Source: Rhynchobatus australiae (Eukaryota). From it: 64,000 nucleotides of DNA. The notes below the pieces were generated by a model. It was not told where the DNA came from and searched no databases. It was given only the letters and a program-made list of their open reading frames with translations. Of this stretch, positions 41,101 to 54,713 are shown piece by piece. The stretch lies in contig JAUZTB010000042.1 of assembly GCA_034780895.1 (NCBI GenBank), positions 674,526 to 738,525 of the forward strand, in the 5' to 3' direction. The position numbers and the translations under genes are program-made. Position 1 is the stretch's first letter; each line of letters begins with the position of its first letter.

Positions 41101-43928
41101 CTGATTTTTCAAGCAGAGAGCATCATATTGCTACCACCTAATGGGTGAAGAATGTTTTCTTCATTTGACCTCTAATCATTCTATCAGTTACATTTATGCC
41201 ACTTGGTTTCTGACCCCTCTGCACCCACATGGACAATCTTTGTATCACCTATCACGCGTCCTACATTTAAGTCTAAATTGTTAAAGGGTATTACTAAATG
41301 CAAGAGACCAAGTACTGAGCCTGTGGAATTCCATCAGCAATAAACTTCGAGTCACAAAAAGTTGCATCAACGATTACTGTTGCTTCATGTCAATGATCCA
41401 CTTTTAGATTGAGTATGTCCCTCTCCCTAGAAACTCACACAAGTTGACTTTACCAGCCCGACAAGTGCTCTACAACATCCAAGACAAAACATGACAAAGG
41501 AGTCAACCATTCTTCATATTGGCTACATTGGTTTTCATCTATTGCTATCTTCATTGCTGGTGCTCATTTTCTTATTGTGCATATGCTACAAATAAAAAGC
41601 AGCAATTAACAATGTCAACTGAGCACTTAACTATATTACTCAATAATAAAATAAAAGGTAGAAGCAGATTTGATCAACATGCAAGGTATCCTGGTTAACA
41701 GCATCTATAGTATTGCATCTAATTCTGATCCAGACATTTTAGATTAAATCACAACCAGTGAATCCAAGAGAGACTAAAAGATACAATTACAAATCACTGC
41801 AGTGGATGGGATAGGACTGCTCTGCACTCTAATTTATTACACTTGGAAAATTCATGTGTGCAAAATGAACAAGGAGTAAAAAAAACAAAAAGATTTTGCG
41901 AATGGCTGACTCCAACTGGACTATCCTTCACTACAACCAGCACAATTTAACCAGCTCTGCAGATTATCGGTGAACCCAAGCAACTTCTGACGTGCTGAAG
42001 ATGCCAATACTAAATCACATAAAAGCAGAAAAACTAACAAGTTTTTCAGATGCAGGCAGGGGTTTTGATGAAAGGACCTACAATAGAAACATTTATCTCT
42101 TTTCATGCTGTGTTTGCAGTATTTTTGATTTGGAATTGCTAGTCCTTGCAGTTTTCTTTTTTAATGGCCTAGATTTTCCAGCTATTGCAACATAGCCATG
42201 AATCACACAATCTTCCATGCAAATCTCACTGTCGCCAGCTTGCTCCAGATTTTGCTGGTTTTCTAAACAGAGTATATATATGTAGTGAGTTCAGTAATGA
42301 AACAGACACTCTGGGGCAAGCAAGGCATGAAATGGCAGCATAATGACCATCTGAATCTATACCTTAAGCTGAAATGTGGTAGCACTTTAGAGTTTGTGTC
42401 TATGAACTCCAGCCTTCCCAATGCAGTAAGATTATAAATAATTAATATGAAATTGATGTTCATCTTGATGAATTAGGAAAACATAGCATTTTCAATAATT
42501 TACCTTCCAACTTATGGGGTGACTGAAAACTGCAAACTTCTGTGGGCCTCAAGAATGATAAACTGACCTTCCAGAATAGATGGGAGTGAACTGTCTGGGA
42601 AGTACTTGGACATCAATTTATCACAAATTGAAACAACAGTCAACAGTAAGGATATATTTGTTAGTAGCTTTCATGAGGTTGAGCATAATAAGAAACGACC
42701 TCCTTAAAATGTGGGATGAGCCTAAAAATGGTGACTTGAGCTGTGGACAAGATGGAATTAATTACATTAATTTTCCAGTCAGTTGACTACATGTACACTT
42801 TTGATACTTTAATAAAAATGTTTAAATCAAGCCATTAAATGTCTGCAGAGTGTTTTGTCTCAGCAACTATGATTTTTTTTCCAATAAATGTAGCTTTGTC
42901 CACACCAGTTTGTTGCTCCAATCCAGAGATGCAATTCGTTTGGTTTGTACAATCTGCTGCAGTAACTAGGAAAACGGGTTGGATGGGTACATGGCAAGCG
43001 GGAAGAATTGCAGAAGTGAAGACCAGAGACCACAGGAGTGGCCGAGATGGGGGCCACAAACCATGGCAGCTTCCAACAATGTACATAAAATTGCAATTTA
43101 AATAGGGGCTTGGGATTCTGAATTAACTTAAATTCTGAAAATTCTAAAGTGATTTAAATTCTGAAAACAATTTCATTCATTAAATCGGCTATGGTGTGAC
43201 AGTAATAAAACTGAAATCCCCAGTACAGAAAGTGATTACTGAAAAATCTTCGATATTTAATCTCTGCAAGAGCAATACATTTTTAACAACTGGGAGACCG
43301 AATTCAATTTTGGAGTAATAAATCCCACAGCCGCCAGACCACCTAGAATTCAGACCAGATTCTATGGTTACACATAGCAACCATGCTCGCTGCTGACTTT
43401 TAAGAAAGCAGCTCACATATAGCATGGACTTTCCCTTTTCTGCTGCCAAGTATCAGGCCAATGGGAACTTTGACATCTGAGAGCTATGAAGTCAATAACC
43501 TGCCTGAACAGCCAATCAAGTTGAAAAATTCTCTTAGACTGCAAACAATTAAAAAGCACAATTTTTAAATGAAATTTTTTAAACATTTTGCACAGCACAA
43601 AATAGATCGGAATATGCATGAAACTCTGAAATGTCACAAACTTTTAAAACACATTGCATTTTGAAATATTCATCAAGAGGAAAGACAACACACACATATG
43701 AACTTTCTAAGTTTCCTTGCATAGTATTCAATTTAAAAACTCTCACTTCTCATGCAACAAGGTTAGTTTTTGTATTGCAACTATGAGGTTTACATCATTT
43801 TCCTGATTATATAAAAAGCTACAAAATAGTGCAGCCTGTGGAGCCACAGAGAATCACTAATAGCAACTTCTATTTTAATTGCATGCCTGAACACCAGAAG
43901 TTACTGTCAGCTCTAAGCATAAAAGCAG

Positions 43929-43975
43929 ATGCCAACAGAATCCACAATGCCAACAGAATCCACAATGCCAACAGA
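43929..43975 (+). repeat. 18-bp tandem repeat, about 2.6 copies
   Basis: atgccaacagaatccaca repeated. Confidence 0.9.
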
Positions 43976-44994
43976 GCATCTGGAATCTAATTAATGATGT
44001 GCTCAATGATTAATCCCCTTATACAATGAAATTGAAGTATATATAAAGAAATAGGTGGCTAGCTAGTGCAGCAATTAGTGCTGCTGCCCAACTACTCCTG
44101 CAACTCAGGTACTATCTGTATTGAGTTCGCATCTCCTTCCTGTGACCACATGGGTTTACACTGGACGTTCCAGTGTCCTTCCACATCCCAAAGACATGCT
44201 GGTAGGTTAACTGGCTCCTGTAATTATTCCTTGGTGTAGGTAAATGGCAAAATAATCAAAGGGGAATTGGTAGGTTATTGAAGGGGTACAGGAAATACAG
44301 GAGGATGGAATTGATGCAATTACTCTGCTGATATCCAGCATGGTCTCATTATATAATGTAACTAGTAAGTAAGTGAACAGAGTCAATTCTGGAAAAGTTA
44401 AAAACTTACTTAACAGCATCTGTCACACCTCAGAACATCCCACAGTGCTTTTCCCTTAAGACGTATTTTCTGAAGTATAGTCAGTATTGCAATTTGAGGC
44501 AAAACAAGAAATAATTTCTGCATACCCAGCTTCCATAAACAACATAATAATAAGATGATTATTTTTAAAGAAACAATTCTGATGGAAGGAAACAAATTAG
44601 TCAGGTCACCAGAAGTAATACCCAAATTCACCAAATTGGGTGAATTAGTGTCAAATTACATGCAGAAAGTTAATTCAAAGCCCACTTAGAATCGTCCCTT
44701 ACACCTTGTTCCCATTCAGACCACCCTAACGGCAGTGCAGGGCTCATCTCGAAAGCAGACAGTCTTCCCAATACTATAGAACAATACAGCACAATACAGG
44801 CCCTTCGGCCCAACTTGTGCCGTCCATCGAACCACACCTCACATCATCTAACCCTTTCCTCCCACATATCCCTCTATCCCACATTCCTCCATATGCCTAT
44901 CCAACAACCTCTTGAACCGAATACAGGAAATGACCACAGAAAGTTGGCTGAGTTCAAATTACTGGCCATAAAGATGTCTAGAAATCAAACCATA

Positions 44995-45150
44995 GCTTCC
45001 CCTTTTCCTATCTTCAGTCCTGAAGAAGGGTCCTGACTGGAAATGTTGACTGCTTATTTTTCTCCATTGATGCTTCCTGGCCTGCTGAGTTCCTCCAGCA
45101 TCATAGTGTTTTTCATCTAGATTCCAGCATCTGTAACCCTTTGTTTCTCT
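44995..45150 (+). mobile_element. Penelope-terminus-like repeat with hammerhead-like core
   Basis: cagtc CTGAAGA agggtcctgactg GAAA tg tt gactg plus the family tail. Confidence 0.72.
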
Positions 45151-45924
45151 AGTGTTTCTATAATAAACCTGATTCTGATTCGGAGTGCATTTGTATTCTC
45201 TGGAGTTTAAAGGGATCAGAGGAGATCTCAAACTTGCATTTTTACAGGGTTCATCTATCTGGATGCAGAGATGGTGCTTCCTCTAATTGAGGAGACTAGA
45301 ACCAAGAATCAGGACTGAAGATAGGTAAAGGGGAAGCCCAAAATATAGGAGGGAAAAGCAGAGCAGTGATAGGTGGACAAAAGAGGGGAGGTGGAGTGGG
45401 CACAAGGTGGTGATAGGTAGATGCAGGTAAGAGATAGTGATAGGCAGGGGTGGGGGAGAAGGGGAGAGCAGATCCACTGGAGGATGGGTCAAAAGTAAAA
45501 AGGGGCAGGGAAAAAGGGATAGTAGACTAGGAACCAAGTCCTGGTAAAAGGGATTAGTATAGTTGGGTAATGGTGATCAGTATGCACAGGATGGGCCAAA
45601 GGGCCTGTTTCTGTGCTGTATGATCTATAATATTTCCTCAGAGCTCCTGGCCCTATTTAAAAAGGCACAGTTAATTTGTATAGTCTTGTTTCATCCTTCC
45701 CTATAAAGGCTTCCACATTACATGAAGATGAGTGATTTATAAAGTGCTGTTGGGTCAATGTATGACTGAAGAACAGGGAAAAGATAAAAGTGGATTCATC
45801 AGCAATACAGCCAAACTCTTCATGCATGAAAAAACAATAAGTGTTGGACACACTCAGCAGTTCAGGCACATTTGCTGAGTAGTTCCAGAGTTTTCTGCTT
45901 TTATTTCAGATTCCCAGCGTTTGT

Positions 45925-46345
45925 AATTGTATATGTCGTTGGTGAGGCTGCACTTGGAGTACCGTGTACAGTTTTGGTCACTCAATTATAGAAAAGGCGT
46001 AGTTAAACTGGAAAGAGTGCAGAGAAGATTTACAAGGACATTGCCAGGACTCGAGAGCCTGAGTTATAGGGAGAGGTCGGCCAGGCAGGTCTTCCTTCCT
46101 TGGAACATAGAAGGATGAGGGGTGACCTTTTACATTACAAGAGCCATAGATAAGGTGGAAGTTAATAGTCTTCCCCACAGGGTAGGGGAGTCCAAAACAA
46201 GGGACCATAGGTTTAGGGTGAGAGAGGAAAGGTTTAAAAGGGACCTGAGGGACAACTTTTCCATGCAGAGGGTGATGAGTATCTGGAAGGAGCTGCCAGA
46301 GGAAGTGGGTGAGGCAGGTACAATAGTATTATTTAAGAAGCACTT
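45925..46345 (+). mobile_element. CR1 LINE 3' fragment
   Basis: LVRLHLEYRVQFWS...LERVQRRFTR. Confidence 0.85.
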
Positions 46346-49300
46346 NNNNNNNNNNNNNNNNNNNNNNNNNNNNNNNNNNNNNNNNNNNNNNNNNNNNNNN
46401 NNNNNNNNNNNNNNNNNNNNNNNNNNNNNNNNNNNNNNNNNNNNNCCTGTGGAATGTTTATCCCCTTTCTAACACCAAACTGTCTATAATTGCAGCCCGA
46501 ATGCATCGGTTAGGGACCAGCCCCTCGCCACCAGTAAAGTCATAAAGGGCCAGTGATTTTTAAAATGATAACTGAAAAACAAAGGAAAAGTAATTTAGCG
46601 ATGCAAGAACAAGAATCAAAAATGCAGCTTTGCAAACTGAGCAAGTAGTCTTCTCTAGTTGGATTTAATCCACAAAGCCATGGCTAGGCACAAAATCCCT
46701 CAAGTCCTTCCCATTGCTGTAAGCATTTCAGAGCAGGTCTTTTGGTTGCTGGAGAAGTCCATTCTGAACTTGACCATGATCCTGGGACAGAGTCACTGCT
46801 ATCAAGTGTATTATCTGTACTATTTAAGATGCAAATCTAACTCACATCCAGACTAGCGATATTGAGTGGGGAATGTGATCCTTACATATGCCTGCCTGCC
46901 TTCATTATAGGTTGGCTGTAGGGAAAGCAGACATGTTAGGATTCCTACTTCAATCTATTAAAGATACCACAATGGATAGAGAGCAAATACAAGATGCTCC
47001 CATCTGAATGGCCATAATTTTAGAGTGCAGGAAGAAGAGAACAGAATTAACATCTCTTGTAATCGAGGTCCCCTAACCGACATATACCTTGGTGCTGCGC
47101 ACAAAGAATTTTTGAGAGATCTTTGTTCAGTTTGTTTTCAGATAATGTCCTGAATAAGAACAGTAATCAAATGGCATTATTTTTTATTAGAAAATCATTG
47201 AACAAATATAAATGTACTGCAAACTTTCACCAGAGTAAAACTCCAATAATCCAGCACGCTCAGGACTTTGGTCATATCGGACTGGCAGATTTTAAATAGA
47301 ACCATAGAAGAACCATAGAACAATACGGCCCAATACAGGCCCTTCGGCCCACTGTGTTGTGCCGCCCATCAAACCACACCTCCCGCCATCTAACCCTTTC
47401 CTCCCGCATATCCCTCTATTCCACATTCCTCCAACAACCTATCCAACAACCTCTTGAACCTGTCCAATGTATCTGCCTCCACCACCACCCCAGGCAGCGC
47501 ATTTCCATGCACCTACCACTCTCTGGGTGAAAAACTTCCCTCTGTCATCACCCCTGAACTTCCCCCCCATTACTTTAAATCCGTGCCCTCTTGTCTTGAG
47601 CAACTTCTCTTAGAACACTTTATGCTGCCTCCCCATCCCTTTAGGCTCTGCGTTCAGTCTGTCTTCACCCAATGATTCCGACCTACATCTCAACTTTGCT
47701 TTCTCTCTCCTCTCAGTTCACTGCTCTGTTCTTTCCTGTATCTTTCTCCTCCTATAAACTCTCCCAGTTTCCTACCAGTTTGCTAAATCACATCCTGTCC
47801 TTGTCCTCATTGAAACCATTACTTCCTGCCATCCTGTTCAGTCCCCGTGGTATCGCCCCCATTCCCCCACTTTTCCCTTTAAAGCAAGAAAAAGAGTTTT
47901 AAAAATCTTTGGCAGAAAATTAGTTTCATGAGTCTTTAGTTCTCTTACTCAGTAAAATGTCCACGTGCACCTTCTCACTTGATTACTCAACTTTCCTCCC
48001 TAGGCTTCATGTTAGTTTGTATTAATCAGATTTGGCAATCTGATTAGGCCACAATATGCATCATCAGATCCCGTACATCACTAAAATTGCTCACTATTCA
48101 AAAGGTTATCCAAGAATGCAAAGAAAATCTACGACTTTGCTTCTGGACCACAGACTTTATGAACCTCTTGCTCCTACCTCCTCCATCCATGGACCTTAAA
48201 ACAGCAAAGAATTCATAATTTTTTTTAAACCACAGACACAGAGATGCTATTTGGCTGCCTCTGCTGCTTCCCTTGCATCCCCTTATCCTGAAACCACATC
48301 TTTCTCTAGATTCTCTCCGACCTCCTCCAAAGCTCTCTCCAAGTTTACATCTGCCTTGAGTCTCAAGTTCTCTTCATCCTACTGTGAACAATCATTTGAT
48401 TACTGTTTCCCTCCCTGCTCTTCATGTTAGCTCATATTAATCACAACTCGCTCTTCTCAGGTATAATGCCTTGTCACTATTTTAAATGTTCCGTAATTAT
48501 CCTCCTTCTTGCCACCCATCCTCTCATCGTCAACCTCCATTTCCCATGCAAAGTCCTTTAGTTTTCTGCTTTTCTTCCTTTATTGTCTTGCTCCATCCTA
48601 AAGCTATCTTCCTGCAATTCTACAGTTTGAATTTTCTAACAGTATTATTACCAATGTCCCACATGACATTCATTGTGGCTTTGATTACAATCCCTCCTCA
48701 TCCTTTTCAATACATGTGCAGCCTTTGGCAAAATTGATCACTCAATCATCCTCTAATAATCCTCTCCATTGTCCAGCTGGTGAAACTATTCTTTTGTTCC
48801 TTTCTTATCTATCAAATCACATCCAGAAAATCACCTGCAAGGACTTCTCATCTCTTTCACGTACCATTGTCTTGAGAACCCTCATGAAACTATCCGTGGC
48901 CTCTGGTTTCTCAAACACATGCTACTCTTCAAAAGCATCATTCAAAGCCACGATGCCAGGATCCACACACAAGTTGACATCAGTTTTATTTCACCACCAC
49001 ATTTCTGGATCACAAACACATTTACTTAACATCCAGTAATGGATAAGTGTATCCTTCCCACAACAATTTTGGGAAATACTGTACCCACTGTCTCTAGTCC
49101 TCGTCACCCTCAGAGCTCCCCAGCGACCATTCCCTTCCCTGGATACTAGTTGAAACTGAGCCAGAATTTGGAAATGTGTTGTGCTAACACAGACTGAATG
49201 AAATATCTGCTCTCTCACTAAGGTTGCATATCCCAACTCTGTAAAAAAATCATTCAGCTCCACCTTGCCTCAGCACATTTGCTTCTGAAGCCCTCATCCA

Positions 49301-49988
49301 TTCCTTTTATCTATTCTTATGCTCTCTTGACCAACCCTCTATCTTCTGCCCATCATTAACATGTTCTGCTGTACATATCTTAAACTTGCTCATTATTCTC
49401 ATGTTTGTTAACTTACTCTGGGTCACATACCATATATATGTCAATTTTAAAATCCTATATTTGGTGTTCAAGGCATTTGAAAACATATTCACCCTCAACA
49501 TCCTCTTCCAGCCCAGCAAGTCTTCTTAATCTCTATGGTCCTTGAGTTCTAGTCTTGTGCATTTCAGATTTAATTTTAATTTGCCAAGGCTTAAACCTTC
49601 AGAGCTTCCCCCCCCCCCAACTCAAGTCTGACTCAAGTCTAAATCAGTTAGACTGATATCATTTTATCTGGATTGGTGCTCTTTTTTCTTGGTTATTATT
49701 CCTGCATTAAGACACTAAGATTTTTCAATATGTCAGGATAATTATATACTGTAAGTACAAGTAGAATGAAGCAAGGAAGAAAGTGGATTAAGAGAGGAGA
49801 CTGAAAGAAAAAAAGAAAATATTTTAAATGATCAAGCTAAAGAATATATTATAAGCCAATTGTTATAATTGCAAATGGTTATATTTATGCTTGATTGACT
49901 GTCTGAATATTCTGTTATATACTGTATTCAAAAAGTACTTTCTGAAACTCTAATTTCTTAACATCAAACCAACTAGGAATCTGAAAAC

Positions 49989-50180
49989 AATCGCCTCCCA
50001 ACACCAAGTACAATGACACGACTGACACAAAATACTTCTGTTAGCCAAAGTTTTAAGAGTCACTCATAATAATTAATTAAATATGGAAGCAATTCCACAA
50101 CTTATTTTGTTCTCTTGCTTGGCGTTTAGTTTTATGCTGCACCTTAGGACGGTGATTCATGACATGAACAACTTAAATAC
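49989..50180 (+). repeat. Inverted repeat, left copy
   Basis: Reverse complement of 51741-51931 with few mismatches. Confidence 0.93.
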
Positions 50181-50989
50181 CAATGACCAAATTAATTCAG
50201 ATTTACAGTGTAAATCCAGCAATTCCAAAGGAGAGGTTTATGGCAGTTGCCATTTTTCTATTTCACATCAAATCATTCTACGAGCTATGAAATATTATTA
50301 TTAATGAAATCACTCATTTGCCACAAACTTCTGAGATTTTTGCAAATTAATAATGCCAGGTGACATATGCAAATTTATTGAGCGATTTCTAGGTCCACAT
50401 GTCAACATTGTTAAGTGTTTTAAATGCAATAAAACAGTACTCAACATTGATATCAATTGGCCAGACTTTGACAATAGCGTAAAATTTATTACAATGGTGG
50501 CAATTTGCGTGCAATTTTCTGATCAAACATTTATTTCCCCCTATAACCTGTTGGAAGTCTGCAGCAAAGGAAACAATACAGCTGGGACCTTGGTGAAAAC
50601 TGAAAGCACTAGCTTGCCTGCTTAACAGCTGAGATATGAGGAGAAGGAAGAAACAGTGGAAAAATAAGTGAACAATAGGTGGTCAATACGAATCAAAATC
50701 TCAAGAATTAGAAAAGAAGGATTGAATCGAGAAAGTTTTTTTTCCTCAATTTAACTTCTTAAAAATCTCTAACTGTTATTGTCTACTGGAATGAGCATCC
50801 ACAACTTAAATTGTTCTTATTCTGGTTGGGAGAGATTGACTGACAAAGTTTATGCAGCGAATTTTACTGATGTTTACATACAGCAACTTTCTGAGGAATC
50901 AGGCCAATCTCACATTTTCGCTGGGTTCAAGGCACTGAATCATTCAGTAATCAAAATTCATTGCACTTCTCCACCAGGAATGTTTATCT

Positions 50990-53662
50990 TGAAGAAGCTC
51001 AGCTCTTCAAAGAAGTTCTACTTCCTTCTTTTATCAATTTCAGCCTCAATGGCTTCTGATCCTCTTCCTGTTTTTGATAAACTGTGGACAAAAATTCATT
51101 TCCACGGGCATTTCTTTTTCCTTAGCAAACACCTCTACCTGTGACTTATTCCATGTGGATTCCAACTGAAGTTCATTTTGGATAAACCCATGATTACAGG
51201 TATGGCCAAGATATTCAGTATTTTGCATTTCACTGTTCTCGTCATCTATAAGTTCACGCTTAATAGCATGCACTGGAACATGCATGCTCCTGATCTCTCT
51301 GTCCCTGTGAGAACTTTCTCAAAGCCATCCTGGTTTACTAATATATTTCATCCTTTGCTACGTTTGGTGCTTAAACAAAATAATTTTTCCTACCTTTCAG
51401 GCATCAAAGATTGCAAACATCAGCAACCCTTATATTCTAAACTCCTCCAGATCTTTCTTCCCCTCTGATCTCATCTCTCCCTCCAGTCATATCCCTTGCC
51501 ATGCTTTCACTAACCCCTCTATTTATCCCCTCTCTCATCCTACCTTGTCTATCTCAATGAATTCCGACCCCAACATAATGCTGAGCTCTTCTTCCACAGC
51601 CTTCACCTCCATGTCCATTTCTTCACGCCAAGCTGTAGAACCAATCCCCCATCTTCTAAATTCCCAATCCACCTGCACCCCGATTCTCTTGTCATCTATT
51701 TTTCCACTGCATTTTCTCACTCCAAACTTTCTGAACTTGAGTAGTTAAGTAGTTCATGTCATGAATCACCGTCCTAAGGTGCAGCATAAAACTAAACGTC
51801 AAGCAAGAGAATAAAATAAGTTGTGGAATTGCTTCCATATTTAATTAATTATTATGAGTGACTCTTAAAACTGGCTAACAGATGTATTTTTGTGTCAGTC
51901 ATGCCATTGTACTTGGTGTTGGGAGGCGATTTCTCCCTTCTGAACTTGCAGAACTCCACTCAGAGAGAACTGACTCCAACATAGTCATCAAACCCACTGT
52001 TGTTGGAGTCAGTCTCCAACAGTTGTCAGTTTGGCAAACAGAACTCGACCTCACGGAGGCTCAGAACCAATCCTCTGATAATCCTCATATCTACCTCTGG
52101 ACCATTACCGAACCACTGAATATCAGGCCATTGACTCCCAGTCACTGACCTCATTTCCTTTGGACATCTTCCTTCCACAATCTCAGTCTGCAAACCAAAC
52201 ACATCTACCTCTTCCCACATTCCACAGGAAGTCTGTCCCAGTACACCTGTTATTTCTGCCTGTTCTCATAGAATCATACAGCCTGGGGAAATGGCCCTTT
52301 GGTTCAACGGAATCCATGCTGACCATCAGGCATCCATTTATATATGCCCCACTTGATCTTGTCCAAAGAAATTATTTCTTCCTGTCTTGACGCTGTTCTT
52401 GCTCCCCTCATCCAGACGCTTCCCACCTGCGTCCATAACACTCTCTGCCATTTTGACATTTTCCAGTTTCCTGGTCCCAATAGGTTCATTTTCACCAATC
52501 TCTCAACACTTCTACCCCACACGTATGGTCTGAGGTAAGGTCTTCTTTGCTGAACAAGGACATACCAGTACTCCCCTTCTCCACTAACAGCCCCTTTTGC
52601 CAGGCTGAACATTCTCACATGGAAGAACTGCTTGAATTCCATTCAATTGTCCCAATGGCAACCAACATGGGACAAGCTATGCCAGTTTCTTTGTGAAATA
52701 TATAAAACTGTCCAACTCAGGCTACGTGCCTTAATCTTTTTCCAGTAATATGACGGTTGTATTGGTCCTGCTTCCAGCTCTCACAGAGAACTCAAAAATG
52801 TTGCCAATACCTTTTCTGTTGATTTCGACCCTGCTTCCATTATCACGTGGTCCAACCCTGACTCTTTCCTTCCCTTGAATCATCTCAGCAGATCGATCAG
52901 TGAAAAATAAGCATAGCTAGATTATAAACACCTACGTGCATTGACAAGACCTCCTCACACTCTGCAAAGACTACATCCCATTTTCCCAGTTTCTGCAGCT
53001 CTGTTCTGTGTGTTCTGATGACAACACTTTCCACACCAGTGTTTCCGAGACGTTTTCCATTAACTGTGGTTTTCCCTCCATCAAAGTTGACAGGCTCTTA
53101 ATTGAACCTCTTCCACTTTCCATACTTCTGGTCTCACCTACTTTCCTCCTAGCCAGAACAAGGATAAAGTTGCTGTATCTCACCAACCTTCATTCAACAG
53201 ATCATCCTCCATAATTTTCAGCACCTTCAATGCAATGCCACCACCAACCTCTCCACTTATGACATTCTGAAGTAATAGTCTCTCTACAACTTCCTCATTC
53301 ACTCTTCGAACACTACCAACTTCTAGTCTCCTTCTCAGGGCACCTTCCCATCCAACACAATACACGGCCTTTCTTCTCCTCCCTTCTCCCCATTCAGAGA
53401 TCAAAGATATCCTTTCAGGTAAAGCAGCAGTTCATTTGCACTTCTTCCAACTGCAGTCCGGTGCTCACAACATGGTCTCCCTTACACTGGAGAAACCAAA
53501 AGTTGATTGGTGACCACTTTGCACACCTTTACTCAGTCTGCATTCTTACCATGAACTTCCAGTTGCCCTCACTTTAAGTCTCCATACTACTCTTAATCTT
53601 TAGCTTCACTGCTGCAATGAAGCCCAAAGTAAGCTCAAGGAACAACATCTCATCTTCCAACC
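50990..53662 (+). mobile_element. Degenerate, near full-length Penelope-like retroelement (RT plus GIY-YIG)
   Basis: Frameshifted remnants in the expected order: NEFRPQHNAELFFH, SELAELHS..NIVIKP..VWQT, RT-like MATNMG motif, GIY-YIG-like YTGETK, and C-terminal KLKEQHLIF. Confidence 0.75.
51741..51931 (-). repeat. Inverted repeat, right copy, inside the Penelope element
   Basis: Flanked by TTCTGAACTTG at 51729-51739 and 51938-51948. Confidence 0.93.
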
Positions 53663-53664
53663 AA

Positions 53665-54713
53665 AGGAAATTAGTACTAGCAAGAAAATAGTTCTGGAGA
53701 AATTACAGGCACTAAAAGTCAATAAAGCTCTAGAACCTCATAACTTGCATCCCAGAATACTGAAGGAGTTGCCATGAAAATAACAGATTCACCAGTTATC
53801 ATTTTCCAGAATTCTATAGATTATGGATTACTTTCGAGAAATTAGAGAGTGGCAAATATGACCCCACCAATTAAAAGGAGAGAGAAAAGAGAAAAATATA
53901 GACTTACTTCAGGAATGGGGAAAATGCTCTGGGTATTTAAAAAGAATGAGGTAACAAGGCAACTGGAGGATACAAACCCTGATTAAACAAAGTCAACAAG
54001 AATTTCTGGAAGGAAAGTCATGTTTGACAAATCAGCTGGAGACTCTGGAGATGTAATTGGTAGGATAAGGGAAAACCACTGATGTGGTGTACTTGTATTT
54101 TCATTTGATAAAATCCACAGAAAATATTAAGATGTAGTATACTAGTGTGATTACTTTCATTATTACTAGCATTATTACTGTTCTTTTTGTTGCACTGATA
54201 TGAGCTGGTGAGAAACAGTATTTTTTTGTGTATGTAAAGGCAGTGTGCTACTTAAATGGTTTTAGAATGTGTAGTGTTGATGTAGAATGAGAATATCCAA
54301 AGAAATGACAATAAATATTCTATTCAATATTCAATTAAAGATTAATTGACAGACAGGAAACAGCAGAAATAAATGGGTCTTTTTCAGGGTAGCAGGCAGT
54401 GACTCGTGACAGGGATCAGTACTTGGACATCAGCCATTCATTATGTATACCAGTGATTTGGATGAGGGAACAGAGCATAATATTTTAACACCTGCCAATG
54501 ATACTTAACTGGGTGGGTTGTGAATTGTGAGGATGCAAAGTGGCTTCAAAGCAACTTTGACAGATTGAGCAGGTGGGAAAAACATAGCAGATGCAGTATA
54601 ACATGGATAAATACAAAGTTATTCATTTTAATAGGAAAAACAGAAAGGCAGTGTGCTACTTAAATGGTTTTAGAATGTGTAGTGTTGATGTAGAATGAGA
54701 ATATCCAAAGAAA
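53665..54713 (+). mobile_element. Degenerate CR1 RT fragment
   Basis: LHPRILKE-, GKSCLTNQLE- and ANDT- (FADDT-like) remnants. Confidence 0.75.

Noticed and set aside
49989-51931. A 1.9-kb DNA transposon with 190-bp TIRs
   Set aside because: No outer TSD or transposase seen, and Penelope sequence runs continuously across the right repeat
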